Shown here in pieces: positions 17,531 to 25,980 of a stretch of DNA of 64,000 bases. The stretch lies in NCBI GenBank assembly GCA_023431285.1, contig JAEYXN010000314.1, positions 309-64,308 on the forward strand, read 5' to 3'. The first letter of the stretch is position 1. Each line of letters starts with the position of its first letter. The notes beneath the pieces are model-generated. The model was not told where the DNA came from and searched no databases. It saw only the letters and a list, made by a program, of their open reading frames with translations. Origin of the DNA: Bacteroidota bacterium. GTDB lineage: Bacteria > Bacteroidota > Bacteroidia > Cytophagales > Cyclobacteriaceae. Both the position numbers and the translations under genes were made by a program.

Positions 17531-19162
17531 TCAGTTATTCTTATAAGCCTTATCGAGAAACAGATATCTTCCGTCGTCTTTAGCGTCAACAGCTTTTGAT
17601 TCTGTATCAATGATCATCACCGGTGGTGTGTCATCGTTTGGCTGCGCTGCGGGCCATTGCGGAAGCGTGTCACCATTCGGATCTCCCTTAATGATGAAGT
17701 TTGCGAAATAGCTCAGCATTGTTTCTGATACCCTGTGATCATCAGCAGTCCATGCGTAGTCTTTAACCAGATGAAGATTGCCCATGCAATATTCAATCTC
17801 GCAGGCATGTGGTGCGCCAACTGGCTCCGGTGGTTTCGGGGCGTTCTCGCTCTTCTCAACAGTTCCTCCTGCAAGACCCGCGGCTCTGGACTGATCTACC
17901 AGCGGAGGACGCAGCTTGCTATAGAGGTACCGATAGACAGGTTTGTTTGTATTCTTCCTGTGAAGGTCGAACCACTTCCATGTACTGTAGGCAATAAACC
18001 GGTCTGACGCAAGAGCAGTAGCTGAAAGCTCAATCTCCCGTGCTGAGCCATGTGGATAAAGTTTAAGTACTTCCTTGAAATCTTTTGGATAGACTTCTTT
18101 CACCTTGGCAATGTAGCTTTCCTCCGTATATGGTTGTCCCTGCATGAATGCCATTCCTGGAATCTCCGCTGAGTTCCAACCCAGAAGCAACGGTACCTGT
18201 GCATGTTGCTTTGCTTTGTATAATTCAGGAATTGTCTTAGGATAAAAGTATCCATCCACGACGGTAGGGAAACCAAACCTTTGTGATTCGGCGTATATCT
18301 CATACAAGTCACGTGTGCTGAGCGCGCGTAGCTGAGCCAGTGTCGGATAGCCTGCCTTCTTGGCGAACTCCTCGCCCACCTTTTCAGCTTCGGCCAATGA
18401 TACCGGAGATAGCGTAGAGTTTATTCCTGCACCACTCTCTCCGATAGCACCGGCTATAAGATCTTTCGAGAGGGGCGAAACCATTTGTGCACTCACAGAG
18501 ATGGATCCGGCAGATTCACCGGCAATGGTGACACGTTTAGGATCGCCTCCAAAAGCAGCGATGTTTTTCTGAACCCATTTCAGTCCCGCATGCTGATCAA
18601 GAAGCCCGTAGTTACCAGAAGCCTTATAGGGTGCCTCCTTGCTCAGCTCAGGGTGAGCAAAGAATCCGAATATATTAAGACGATAATTTACCGTAACCAC
18701 AACGATGCCTTTCTTCGCCATGCTTCCTCCATCATAGCGGGGTTCAGATGCGTCACCGGCTACAAATCCTCCGCCGAAGAAATACACCAGTACAGGAAGG
18801 CCTTTCGTGTCACGCTTCGCAGGAGTCCATACATTCAGATAAAGGCAGTCCTCGCTGATTCCATCTGAACGTGACTGCATATCGCCGAAGACAACTCCCT
18901 GAACGGGCCTGGGTCCGAATTTCTTCGTCTCTTTCACACCGGTCCAGTTATCAGGAGGTTCAGGCGCCTTCCATCTGAGTTCTCCTACAGGGGGTTTGGC
19001 AAAGGGGATTCCGAAGTATGTCTGAATACCGGTCTTCGTATCATAAAGACCTTCAATGATTCCGTTCTCTATTTTCGTCTGCACGGGAAATCCATAGTTG
19101 TCTTGCGATAAAACTGAAGCCACAGGTATTGCAAGGAAGAGTAAGCACAGGAGGTTTTTCAT
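17531..19162 (-). CDS. carboxylesterase type B (para-nitrobenzyl-esterase-like), secreted
   Basis: Contains EDCLYLNVWTP, FGGDPKRVTIAGESAGS (nucleophile elbow GESAG) and a C-terminal GAPHACEIEY motif. The likely start is MKNLLCLLFLAIPVASVLSQ at 19162, giving a signal peptide. The ORF track's longer start at 19297 is less likely. Confidence 0.9.
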   Translation of the reverse strand: MKNLLCLLFLAIPVASVLSQDNYGFPVQTKIENGIIEGLYDTKTGIQTYFGIPFAKPPVGELRWKAPEPPDNWTGVKETKKFGPRPVQGVVFGDMQSRSDGISEDCLYLNVWTPAKRDTKGLPVLVYFFGGGFVAGDASEPRYDGGSMAKKGIVVVTVNYRLNIFGFFAHPELSKEAPYKASGNYGLLDQHAGLKWVQKNIAAFGGDPKRVTIAGESAGSISVSAQMVSPLSKDLIAGAIGESGAGINSTLSPVSLAEAEKVGEEFAKKAGYPTLAQLRALSTRDLYEIYAESQRFGFPTVVDGYFYPKTIPELYKAKQHAQVPLLLGWNSAEIPGMAFMQGQPYTEESYIAKVKEVYPKDFKEVLKLYPHGSAREIELSATALASDRFIAYSTWKWFDLHRKNTNKPVYRYLYSKLRPPLVDQSRAAGLAGGTVEKSENAPKPPEPVGAPHACEIEYCMGNLHLVKDYAWTADDHRVSETMLSYFANFIIKGDPNGDTLPQWPAAQPNDDTPPVMIIDTESKAVDAKDDGRYLFLDKAYKNN

Positions 19163-19309
19163 GTTTGCGAAGATATACATCGCACCGGATTTTTCATGCC
19201 TCATTGTGTATTTTTTACATAACATGCTCCGGATCTGCGCAAACCAGATCAGATACCCTGATAAGGATTCAGAAACAAAGGCGAGATCAGGCGGCAAGAG
19301 GCCTGCTGA

Positions 19310-20833
19310 TCATTCGATGAACTGCTTTGCCCACTCTACGAAATATTTGATGTTAGGCGCGTCGGTATGTCCGCCATCATGCTGACGCCATGCCAGGTGT
19401 CCGCCGATAGGCCCCACATTGACATCAGGCATTTTCTCTGTCTTGTAATTGTTGGATACACCAAGGTCCTTGGCACCGAGAAGCTTGAACACAGGTCCTG
19501 CAGCAACGGCGGCCATATAACTTCCCTGGTGATCCAGCCATTTAGCATCGCCCTTCTCCGGGATACCATAACTGATGAACACGTGGCGTGGCGCGCACAT
19601 TGCAATGAGCTGATGCGAGTCAACAGGAAGATGACTTGCATTCATACTACCATTCTTTCCTGCGGAAGCACCATACTTGATGTAGTTCCCCGCCATCCAA
19701 TAGTGTGATCCACCCGTGAGATTCTCCACAGCTTCTCCGAAATTCCGTCGATGCAGTGTGGTTCCACCCTTCCCGGAAGACCCGATCAGTCCAAAGCTGA
19801 ATCGTTGATCAAAAGCCATAGTAACCAGCGCCGCCTTGCCATATCTGGACACACCTTCTATCCCGATATATTTTGCATTGACCGTTGAGTCTGTCAGCAG
19901 ATAATCCAGCGCACGGGAAGCGCCCCATCCCCAGGCGCGCAGGGCACCCCAGTCATCGGGCTTGCGCGGCTGCCCTTTATTCACCAGTCCGATAATTCCA
20001 CGGCTCAGACCTTCTCCATTATCTGCCTGAACGGATGCAGGGTCGAGGAGAGCATAACCCCATCCTGCTGAAATAAGCTGCTGTTCACGAGTCGGCTCTC
20101 CAGAAGGCATATGAAAGCCTGTAGGCCCCACTCCTGAAGGTCTGACAAGCGGATTGTATGCAGGATATTTATCGAGAATTGCTTTAATCTCCGGATCCTT
20201 CGCAAGAAGTGCCTTCAATGCTTCATTAAGTTTATCGAAGTCATCACGGTTGGGCTGGACGGGCGCCGGAAGGGTGGGCTGTCCGAACATCACGAGCAAA
20301 GGGACAGGACCTTTTGCATTCGCAGGCGTGACCACCACCATATTGATATTCACATCGATGTGGGGATACGCAGAGTTATCCACGCGCCCTACAACGCGTT
20401 TAACATTCATTGGTGTCCATCCCAGGAACTCCCGCTCCGACATAGTTACACTCCATGTGACGGATGGAACATTTGCGGGGACGCGCCCATAGACCTCCCG
20501 TTCGAAATCTTCGGCAATCTCTGGCCTTCTTTTCTTCCACCACTCCTCTTTGGTAGTGACAGGCTTTCCGCTCTTAAGTTTCAGAATTGCAGGAAGCTCA
20601 GGATATGGGTCTGCTTTCGATTCATCATAGTTCGCATAATTAGGCGCACCTTCTTCTGCGCTCGCGCCCGGACGCACCGCCGTGATGCCGAGCTGGTCCA
20701 TCATATGCTTGCGATGTTGCTCGCCCGTCATCTCCACGGGAGGCGTTTGTTTGATTGAATTATTGGAAGAGGAAACCTGGGCGTATGCGACGTTGCATAA
20801 CATGACCCCAATCAGGAGGAAACTTTTGTTCAT
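19310..20833 (-). CDS. secreted esterase, CE15 glucuronoyl-esterase-like
   Basis: Signal peptide MNKSFLLIGVMLCNVAYAQ. The motif GIEGVSRYGKAAL resembles the CE15 G-C/H-S-R-x-G-K nucleophile motif. A late WRQHDGGH motif is present. The family call is from memory of the motif only. Confidence 0.6.
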   Translation of the reverse strand: MNKSFLLIGVMLCNVAYAQVSSSNNSIKQTPPVEMTGEQHRKHMMDQLGITAVRPGASAEEGAPNYANYDESKADPYPELPAILKLKSGKPVTTKEEWWKKRRPEIAEDFEREVYGRVPANVPSVTWSVTMSEREFLGWTPMNVKRVVGRVDNSAYPHIDVNINMVVVTPANAKGPVPLLVMFGQPTLPAPVQPNRDDFDKLNEALKALLAKDPEIKAILDKYPAYNPLVRPSGVGPTGFHMPSGEPTREQQLISAGWGYALLDPASVQADNGEGLSRGIIGLVNKGQPRKPDDWGALRAWGWGASRALDYLLTDSTVNAKYIGIEGVSRYGKAALVTMAFDQRFSFGLIGSSGKGGTTLHRRNFGEAVENLTGGSHYWMAGNYIKYGASAGKNGSMNASHLPVDSHQLIAMCAPRHVFISYGIPEKGDAKWLDHQGSYMAAVAAGPVFKLLGAKDLGVSNNYKTEKMPDVNVGPIGGHLAWRQHDGGHTDAPNIKYFVEWAKQFIE

Positions 20834-20925
20834 TCACCAAAATACCAATTTATAGTCCATAAGACCATAAGGTTTTTGATAAAGGAAAAATAGATAGGAT
20901 GAGATGCCGGTTCAGAAGGCTGACA

Positions 20926-21501
20926 TCATAGAGAGGCCTTCCCTAAAGTTTCCTTTGCTTCTGAATGAAGGACGAGGACTTCAGGTATTTTCTCCAGCGA
21001 TGGTTTTGCGGGGTTAGTGCTGTACATTCTCTCAGCGGCGTCCTCGCCGATGTGCTCATGTACTTCACTTGCGGGAATGGAGTAATAGATCTTTGATATT
21101 CCGGAGCCGTGGATCATGGAAATACATACTGGACATGGCTGGACTGCACTATAGAGTGTTGCTCCATTGAGGCCTGCGTCAGCGGAATTGGCGAGTGCGT
21201 CAAGGATAGCGGATGCCTCTGCATGGCGCGACGGCGACACAGAAGCATCTGCATTAGCCTGCCCCTCTCCTACGATCGTTCCTTCTTTTACGACGATACA
21301 ACCAAAAGGCCCATGCTGAGCCTGGTGAGCTTTCTTCGCCAGGCTTAGCACATAGCGCATATGGGCAAGTTCACCACCCGCCTCATCCTTACGCTCTGCC
21401 TCCAGTCTTTGTGTCTCGCGCAGCGCCTTCACCTCTGTTCCCGCACGTTGCTGCGCGTAGACACCAAATAAGACCATCGCAAAAAGAAGAACTATCTTCA
21501 T
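20926..21501 (-). CDS. CDA-fold nucleoside/nucleobase deaminase (guanine-deaminase-like) with an N-terminal signal peptide
   Basis: Zinc motifs are HAE (in SPSRHAEASAI) and PCPVC. GPFGCIVVKEGTIVGEGQAN resembles GuaD/TadA-type deaminases. The likely start MKIVLLFAMVLFGVYAQ at 21501 is hydrophobic and signal-peptide-like. Confidence 0.75.
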   Translation of the reverse strand: MKIVLLFAMVLFGVYAQQRAGTEVKALRETQRLEAERKDEAGGELAHMRYVLSLAKKAHQAQHGPFGCIVVKEGTIVGEGQANADASVSPSRHAEASAILDALANSADAGLNGATLYSAVQPCPVCISMIHGSGISKIYYSIPASEVHEHIGEDAAERMYSTNPAKPSLEKIPEVLVLHSEAKETLGKASL

Positions 21502-21511
21502 ACCTTCCATT

Positions 21512-21904
21512 TTATAACGCAAAATCCCCAGCAGCTTCAGGCTGGTAAGTGACTTTCACTATTTCAAATTTTCCAACGCCAGTCGGGATCCGCCACGATA
21601 CAACATCGCGCTCTTTGCGTCCAAGCAATGCAAGCCCGATCGGCGACAACACAGAAACCTTCCTTTCCGAAGGTTGTGCATCACGCGGATAGGTCAATGA
21701 GATCTCCATATTGCGTCCGGACTTCAACTCCTTCAACAATACGCGTGAGTTCATCGTTACATATGCGTTCCCGATCTTATCTTTGGGAATCTTTCGTGCC
21801 ACCGATAAATTCTGTCTGAGTATATCAGCCTCTGCGGTGGTGAATCCGGCGAGCTCTATCAATCGCTCGTAATCCGATTCGGTAAGTATTATCTTTTCAT
21901 TCAT
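21512..21904 (-). CDS. GreA/GreB-C-domain protein (Rnk-like regulator)
   Basis: 130-aa ORF. The C-terminal VSVLSPIGLALLGRKERDVVSWRIPTGVGKFEIVKVTYQPE matches the GreA/B C-terminal FKBP-like domain pattern (S..SP.G.AL.G....D.V). Confidence 0.7.
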   Translation of the reverse strand: MNEKIILTESDYERLIELAGFTTAEADILRQNLSVARKIPKDKIGNAYVTMNSRVLLKELKSGRNMEISLTYPRDAQPSERKVSVLSPIGLALLGRKERDVVSWRIPTGVGKFEIVKVTYQPEAAGDFAL

Positions 21905-22081
21905 GACGCTTTCTATATCGCACTAAGCATGCCAGCAATTAACGATTGTTTCCGCCCTCTAAACCGCCTTCCATATAAAAAGAGATGGCCCTAATATACC
22001 CAGTGAGGAGTTTATACCCACTTGTTATTAGGAGGTAAGAAATTTCTCCCCACAAAAGGAAGTCTTTTCGTAATTGATTTT

Positions 22082-22089
22082 TAGCTTTG
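22082..22089 (+). promoter_or_regulatory. candidate Bacteroidota sigma-A -7 box (TAnnTTTG)
   Basis: TAGCTTTG matches TAnnTTTG and lies 10 nt upstream of the ATG at 22100. No convincing -33 TTG is seen. Confidence 0.25.
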
Positions 22090-22099
22090 CGGCGATCAA

Positions 22100-23206
22100 A
22101 TGTCATCCGCAGAACACAAGCTTAGGGAGCGTATCAAGGAACTTAATTGCCTTTACGAACTGTCGCGCGCCGCATGGAGTGCGGATAACAATCTTTCAAT
22201 GATCGTGGAGAAGACCCTGGTCATTCTTCCGGCAGCGATGCAACATCCGGAGCTGGCCGAAGCATCTATCACTATTGATGGGCTGCCCGTTACGTCGAAA
22301 GGGTTTCCACGGTGCAAGAATTTTATCAAGGCCACCATCAAGGTGGATGGCAAAGTTCACGGCCGCGTTGAAGTAGGTTACAGGGTTCCTGGCAAGACCA
22401 GCGAAGCAAAACCACGCTTTCTCGCAGAAGAAACCAATCTGCTGAAGGCAGTAGCACGTGAGTTGTCGCTTTTCATCAAACGCGCCGCCACCCAATTGGA
22501 CAAGGAAAAGCTGGAGATACAACTTCAGCATGCTAAACGCCTCGCCTTTGTTGGAGAACTTTCCGCAGGGATCGCGCATGAACTGAATGAACCGCTGAGT
22601 CGTATCCTTGGATTTGCGCAGTTGATCAAGAAAGCCGGTGGGCTGGGGGAGCAACAGAATGAAGACATCGAACGGATCGTAAAAGCATCGTTATATACCC
22701 GTGAGATCATCAAAAAGCTGATGATCTTTTCGAGTCAGATGCCCAGACAGATCGTGGACCTGGATCTCAATAGCATCATCGATAACATTTTGTATTTCAT
22801 CGATGTCAGGTTTCAGTCACGCGGGATACGAATTGTAAAACAGCTTGAGTCTACTTTGTCTTTGATCCAGGCAGATGAAGTGCAGATAAGTCAGGTTCTT
22901 GTGAACCTCATTACAAATGCAGTGCACGCCATGCCTGATGGAGGAGACATCACTATCGTTTCACGTAACAAGAATGAATTTGTCAGTCTCGTGGTGAAGG
23001 ATTCTGGTACAGGTATGACAAAGGAAATTCGTGAAAAGATCTTTGAGCCTTTTTTCACCACTAAACCTGTCGGTCAGGGAACAGGATTAGGTCTTTCGGT
23101 TGTTCAGGGTATAATACAAGCGCATCACGGAAGGATTGTTGTGACAAGCGCTCCGGGGAAAGGTTCCCGCTTTGAAATCTTACTACCAAAAACGCAGAAC
23201 GGATGA
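22100..23206 (+). CDS. soluble sensor histidine kinase (N-terminal GAF-like sensory domain, HisKA, HATPase_c)
   Basis: No TM segment. The N-terminus RIKELNCLYELSRA...LPAAMQHPE...GRVEVGY is a recurrent sensory module. The H-box is AGIAHELNEPL, the N-box NLITNAVHAM, and the G-boxes DSGTGM and GTGLGLS. Confidence 0.9.
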   Translation: MSSAEHKLRERIKELNCLYELSRAAWSADNNLSMIVEKTLVILPAAMQHPELAEASITIDGLPVTSKGFPRCKNFIKATIKVDGKVHGRVEVGYRVPGKTSEAKPRFLAEETNLLKAVARELSLFIKRAATQLDKEKLEIQLQHAKRLAFVGELSAGIAHELNEPLSRILGFAQLIKKAGGLGEQQNEDIERIVKASLYTREIIKKLMIFSSQMPRQIVDLDLNSIIDNILYFIDVRFQSRGIRIVKQLESTLSLIQADEVQISQVLVNLITNAVHAMPDGGDITIVSRNKNEFVSLVVKDSGTGMTKEIREKIFEPFFTTKPVGQGTGLGLSVVQGIIQAHHGRIVVTSAPGKGSRFEILLPKTQNG

Positions 23207-24534
23207 TGAAGCAGAATGAAAATGTGAATGTATTAGCGGTTGATGATTCGGTCGAAACTGTTGAGCTGATCAAGCGCAACCTTGAATCCGCGGGATATCA
23301 TGTTTACAGCTGTGGCAACGTGCAGTCAGCCGTGAAGCTTCTGGACTCTCTTGATTTTGATCTGGTGATCACAGATCTGAAGATGCCTGACGAAAACGGG
23401 ATGGAGCTGGTCCGTCACGTGAGCGAAAACTTCAAGGGACTTGGCACACTTGTTATCACTGGATTTCCATCCATACAGGGTGCCGTAGAGTCCATTCGTA
23501 TAGGCGCTGAGGAATATCTCGTCAAGCCTTTCACAGATGAAGAGCTGTTCAAGTCTGTGAACCGGGTGTTAGCGAAAACCCGTCGTAATAAGAAGCGTAA
23601 TGAAAAACCATCGACCCATGACTTTGGTATCATTGGTGAATCCGAAGGAATGTTGAAGGTTTTCAAAACGATCAGTAAAGCGAAGTCGACGAATGCTACG
23701 GTCCTTATCAATGGTGAAAGCGGAACGGGTAAGGAGCTCGTTGCGCGTGCCCTGCACTATGGAGGTCATGTTTCAGGATCACCCTTTGTGGCGGTTAACT
23801 GTGGAGGTATTCCTGACAGTCTTCTTGAGAGCGAACTGTTCGGTTACGTCAAAGGAGCGTTCACAGGTGCCAGCGAAACACGCGCGGGATTTTTCCAGAC
23901 TGCAGATGGCGGAACCATTTTCCTGGACGAGATCAGCAACACGAGCCTTGCCATGCAGGCTAAACTGCTTCGCGTCCTCCAGGAGAAGGAATTTTACATG
24001 GTTGGCTCCAAGAAACCGTTCAAGGTAAATGTGCGCGTTGTGGCCGCGAGCAATGTCGACCTGATGGAGCTTGTAAAGAAAGGTCTGTTTCGCGAAGACC
24101 TGTTCTATCGTCTGAATATCATCTCGATTGATCTTCCGCCGCTGCGTGAGCGTGACAATGACGTGCTGTTACTCATGGATTTCTTTTTGGCCAAGTATGT
24201 CAAGGAATTAGGAAAAGCTCCTATGAAGTTTTCCCGTAAGGCTGTCGCTGCATTGAAAGAGTATGCATGGCCGGGTAACGTGCGCGAGCTTCAGAACGTG
24301 GTCCAAAGACTTGTGGTAATGGCCGATGAAGCCACGATAGATGTGCCGGATCTTCCGGACAATTTCCGCTTCTCTGCGCAACGTGCCAGCGGACTTAATC
24401 GTACGCTTGCAGAAGTGGAACGGGAGTATATTCTCGATGTGCTCGCCGCCAACAACAATAACATTTCTCACTCTGCCAAGATCCTTGGCATCGACCGTAA
24501 AACCTTACGGGAGAAGATCAAAAAGAAGGATTGA
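23203..24534 (+). CDS. sigma-54-dependent response regulator (NtrC family: REC + AAA+ + Fis-type HTH)
   Basis: The REC domain shows DDS...DLVITDLKMPDENG...KP. The AAA+ domain has Walker A GESGTGKE, the GAFTGA loop, and ELFGYVKGAFTGA. The C-terminus has an HTH (NISHSAKILGIDRKTLREKIKK). There is an ATGA overlap with the kinase gene. Confidence 0.95.
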   Translation: MMKQNENVNVLAVDDSVETVELIKRNLESAGYHVYSCGNVQSAVKLLDSLDFDLVITDLKMPDENGMELVRHVSENFKGLGTLVITGFPSIQGAVESIRIGAEEYLVKPFTDEELFKSVNRVLAKTRRNKKRNEKPSTHDFGIIGESEGMLKVFKTISKAKSTNATVLINGESGTGKELVARALHYGGHVSGSPFVAVNCGGIPDSLLESELFGYVKGAFTGASETRAGFFQTADGGTIFLDEISNTSLAMQAKLLRVLQEKEFYMVGSKKPFKVNVRVVAASNVDLMELVKKGLFREDLFYRLNIISIDLPPLRERDNDVLLLMDFFLAKYVKELGKAPMKFSRKAVAALKEYAWPGNVRELQNVVQRLVVMADEATIDVPDLPDNFRFSAQRASGLNRTLAEVEREYILDVLAANNNNISHSAKILGIDRKTLREKIKKKD

Positions 24535-24592
24535 GCCCCTGGGTAAATTCTCTCCAGTGAGCCATTTCACTCCAGTTAAGTTTTAGACAAAA

Positions 24593-24623
24593 GCCTCCCT
24601 GCGCACCGGGAGGCCTCTTTTTT
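24593..24623 (+). terminator. rho-independent terminator after the NtrC-type gene
   Basis: GCCTCCC (24593-24599) pairs with GGGAGGC (24608-24614) and is followed by CTCTTTTTTC. Confidence 0.7.
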
Positions 24624-24628
24624 CTTTA

Positions 24629-24644
24629 TGGTATGCATTTTGGA
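24629..24644 (+). promoter_or_regulatory. candidate sigma-54 (-24/-12) promoter
   Basis: TGGTATGCATTTTGGA compares with consensus TGGCACG-N4-TTGCW. The GG is at -24 with correct 12-nt spacing to the -12 G, but the -12 element reads TTGG rather than TTGC. It sits 26 nt upstream of the ATG at 24670 and directly downstream of a sigma-54 activator gene. Confidence 0.3.
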
Positions 24645-24669
24645 TTCATCCCGCCGAGTGCAAGAGAGT

Positions 24670-24924
24670 ATGCCTGTAAATCAACTGATAGAAGAGATGA
24701 TCATCCGGGAAATGAAGGGACTCTGTGCTTCGTGCCTGCACGCCCCTTCATGTGTTTATTTCCGGATGAGCAAGAGAGAGATTATTCAATGCGAGATGTT
24801 CGAGGAAGACAAGGACCAGCTCGCATTCCCGGCCGCAGGCCTTTGCAAGACATGCGATCATGCACAGAGCTGCAAGCTTCCAGGGAGGAAACAGGGTGTC
24901 TGGCATTGTGATGAGTTTTTGTGA
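24670..24924 (+). CDS. 84-aa Cys/His-rich protein with an internal duplication (hypothetical, probable metal-binding)
   Basis: MPVNQ... start at 24670 (the ORF is open from 24628). Two 40-aa-spaced copies of G-L-C-x2-C-x-H-A-x-S-C-x11/12-C-[ED]-x-F are present: GLCASCLHAPSC...QCEMF and GLCKTCDHAQSC...HCDEF. Confidence 0.55.
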   Translation: MPVNQLIEEMIIREMKGLCASCLHAPSCVYFRMSKREIIQCEMFEEDKDQLAFPAAGLCKTCDHAQSCKLPGRKQGVWHCDEFL

Positions 24925-25313
24925 CGATGATGCGTGACGATATGATAAAGACTACCGGTTCAAAGATTGAAAAGATTAAGAACGGCAAATACAAGGAGTT
25001 CAATAAGCATGCTATTCTTATTGCGGAGGGAAACTACGTGAACAATCAGAAGCATGGCCGGTGGAGAGAGTATTATGATCATACGGGAACACTGATGATC
25101 GAAGAAGATTATCGCCACGGCATACCACATGGACGATACGCTTCCTTTCATCCCAATGGCCAGCTATGGAGTGAAGGGCAATTCCACGAAGGAGAGCGCC
25201 AGGGGTACTTCCGCGTATATGATGAGAACGGAAGACATGTGAGGAATTTATTATTTATTAACAACCATCAGATTGAGGACATTGAAGAACCAGAAGTACG
25301 TGAGCGAACATAA
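24921..25313 (+). CDS. MORN-repeat-variant (YwqK-like) protein
   Basis: Repeats of the form G.Y....G....EG.Y.NG..HG are present (GNYVNNQKHGRWREYYDHTG, EEDYRHGIPHGRYASFHPNGQ, EGQFHEGERQGYFRVYDENG). The GTG start at 24921 overlaps the upstream stop (GTGA). An alternative ATG lies at 24927. Confidence 0.75.
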   Translation: MTMMRDDMIKTTGSKIEKIKNGKYKEFNKHAILIAEGNYVNNQKHGRWREYYDHTGTLMIEEDYRHGIPHGRYASFHPNGQLWSEGQFHEGERQGYFRVYDENGRHVRNLLFINNHQIEDIEEPEVRERT

Positions 25314-25430
25314 TCTCGACTATGGAATGATCCTCATCGTTCTGGCGTTCGTCCTTGCCCTGATTCTTGAATTGTGGTTATAGAAACATAAGAAATTAAC
25401 GCTGTCCCTCCGGCGTGCAAATAAAAGATA

Positions 25431-25847
25431 ATGATGAAGAAAAGGATTCTGATAATCGACGACGATCCACTGCTCAATAAGATCAATGAGAAGGTGTTGC
25501 TTGCGGCGGGATTTGTCAATGAAGTACACATCGCGTTGAACGGATTGCAGGCGCTTGAGTACCTGAACTCCCGGATAAGCAAGAATTACCCGCTCCCCGA
25601 CCTGATCATCCTCGACCTGCATATGCCGGTAATGGATGGCTTTGAATTTCTTGATCGCTACAATGAGATGCAATTCTCAGGAAAGTGCAATATAAACCTC
25701 GTGGTCTTCACAGGCTCAAGCAGTATCCGCGACCGGAAAAAGGCTGAAGAGAGAGGGATCACGCATTTCCTGAATAAACCTTATCTACTTCGCGGTCTTA
25801 AGGACATTGTGATGCGAATGAGCAATCCCGTACGCGTCACGGCCTAG
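25431..25847 (+). CDS. stand-alone response-regulator receiver (CheY-like)
   Basis: ILIIDDDPL...PDLIILDLHMPVMDGFEFL...VVFTGSS...FLNKP. These are the acidic pocket, the phospho-acceptor Asp, and the conserved Thr/Ser and Lys positions. There is no output domain. Confidence 0.85.
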   Translation: MMKKRILIIDDDPLLNKINEKVLLAAGFVNEVHIALNGLQALEYLNSRISKNYPLPDLIILDLHMPVMDGFEFLDRYNEMQFSGKCNINLVVFTGSSSIRDRKKAEERGITHFLNKPYLLRGLKDIVMRMSNPVRVTA

Positions 25848-25980
25848 GTCCTTTTAATCCTGTTCCAGAGCTGTTAACTCACCAAAGGCCGCTTTCCAGG
25901 CCTTCGTTGCCATATTTTGCCCGGCCGATTTGGTATTCCCAGTGAAACTTATAATTTAGCATGCAAATGACGCGGATCAT

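Noticed and set aside
17531-19297. The longer ORF-track start (MPPDLAFVSE...) for the type-B carboxylesterase. Similar long starts occur for 60073..62511, 53715..54701, 31317..33812 and 63158..63478.
   Set aside because: In each case an internal Met gives a canonical signal peptide, Tat signal or family-typical N-terminus. The upstream extension has no such features. For 62442 a TAnnTTTG box lies inside the extension.
25342-25357. Sigma-54-like TGGCGTTCGTCCTTGC upstream of the orphan receiver gene.
   Set aside because: The GG-to-GC spacing is one nucleotide too long (13 instead of 12), and sigma-54 promoters are strict about this spacing.
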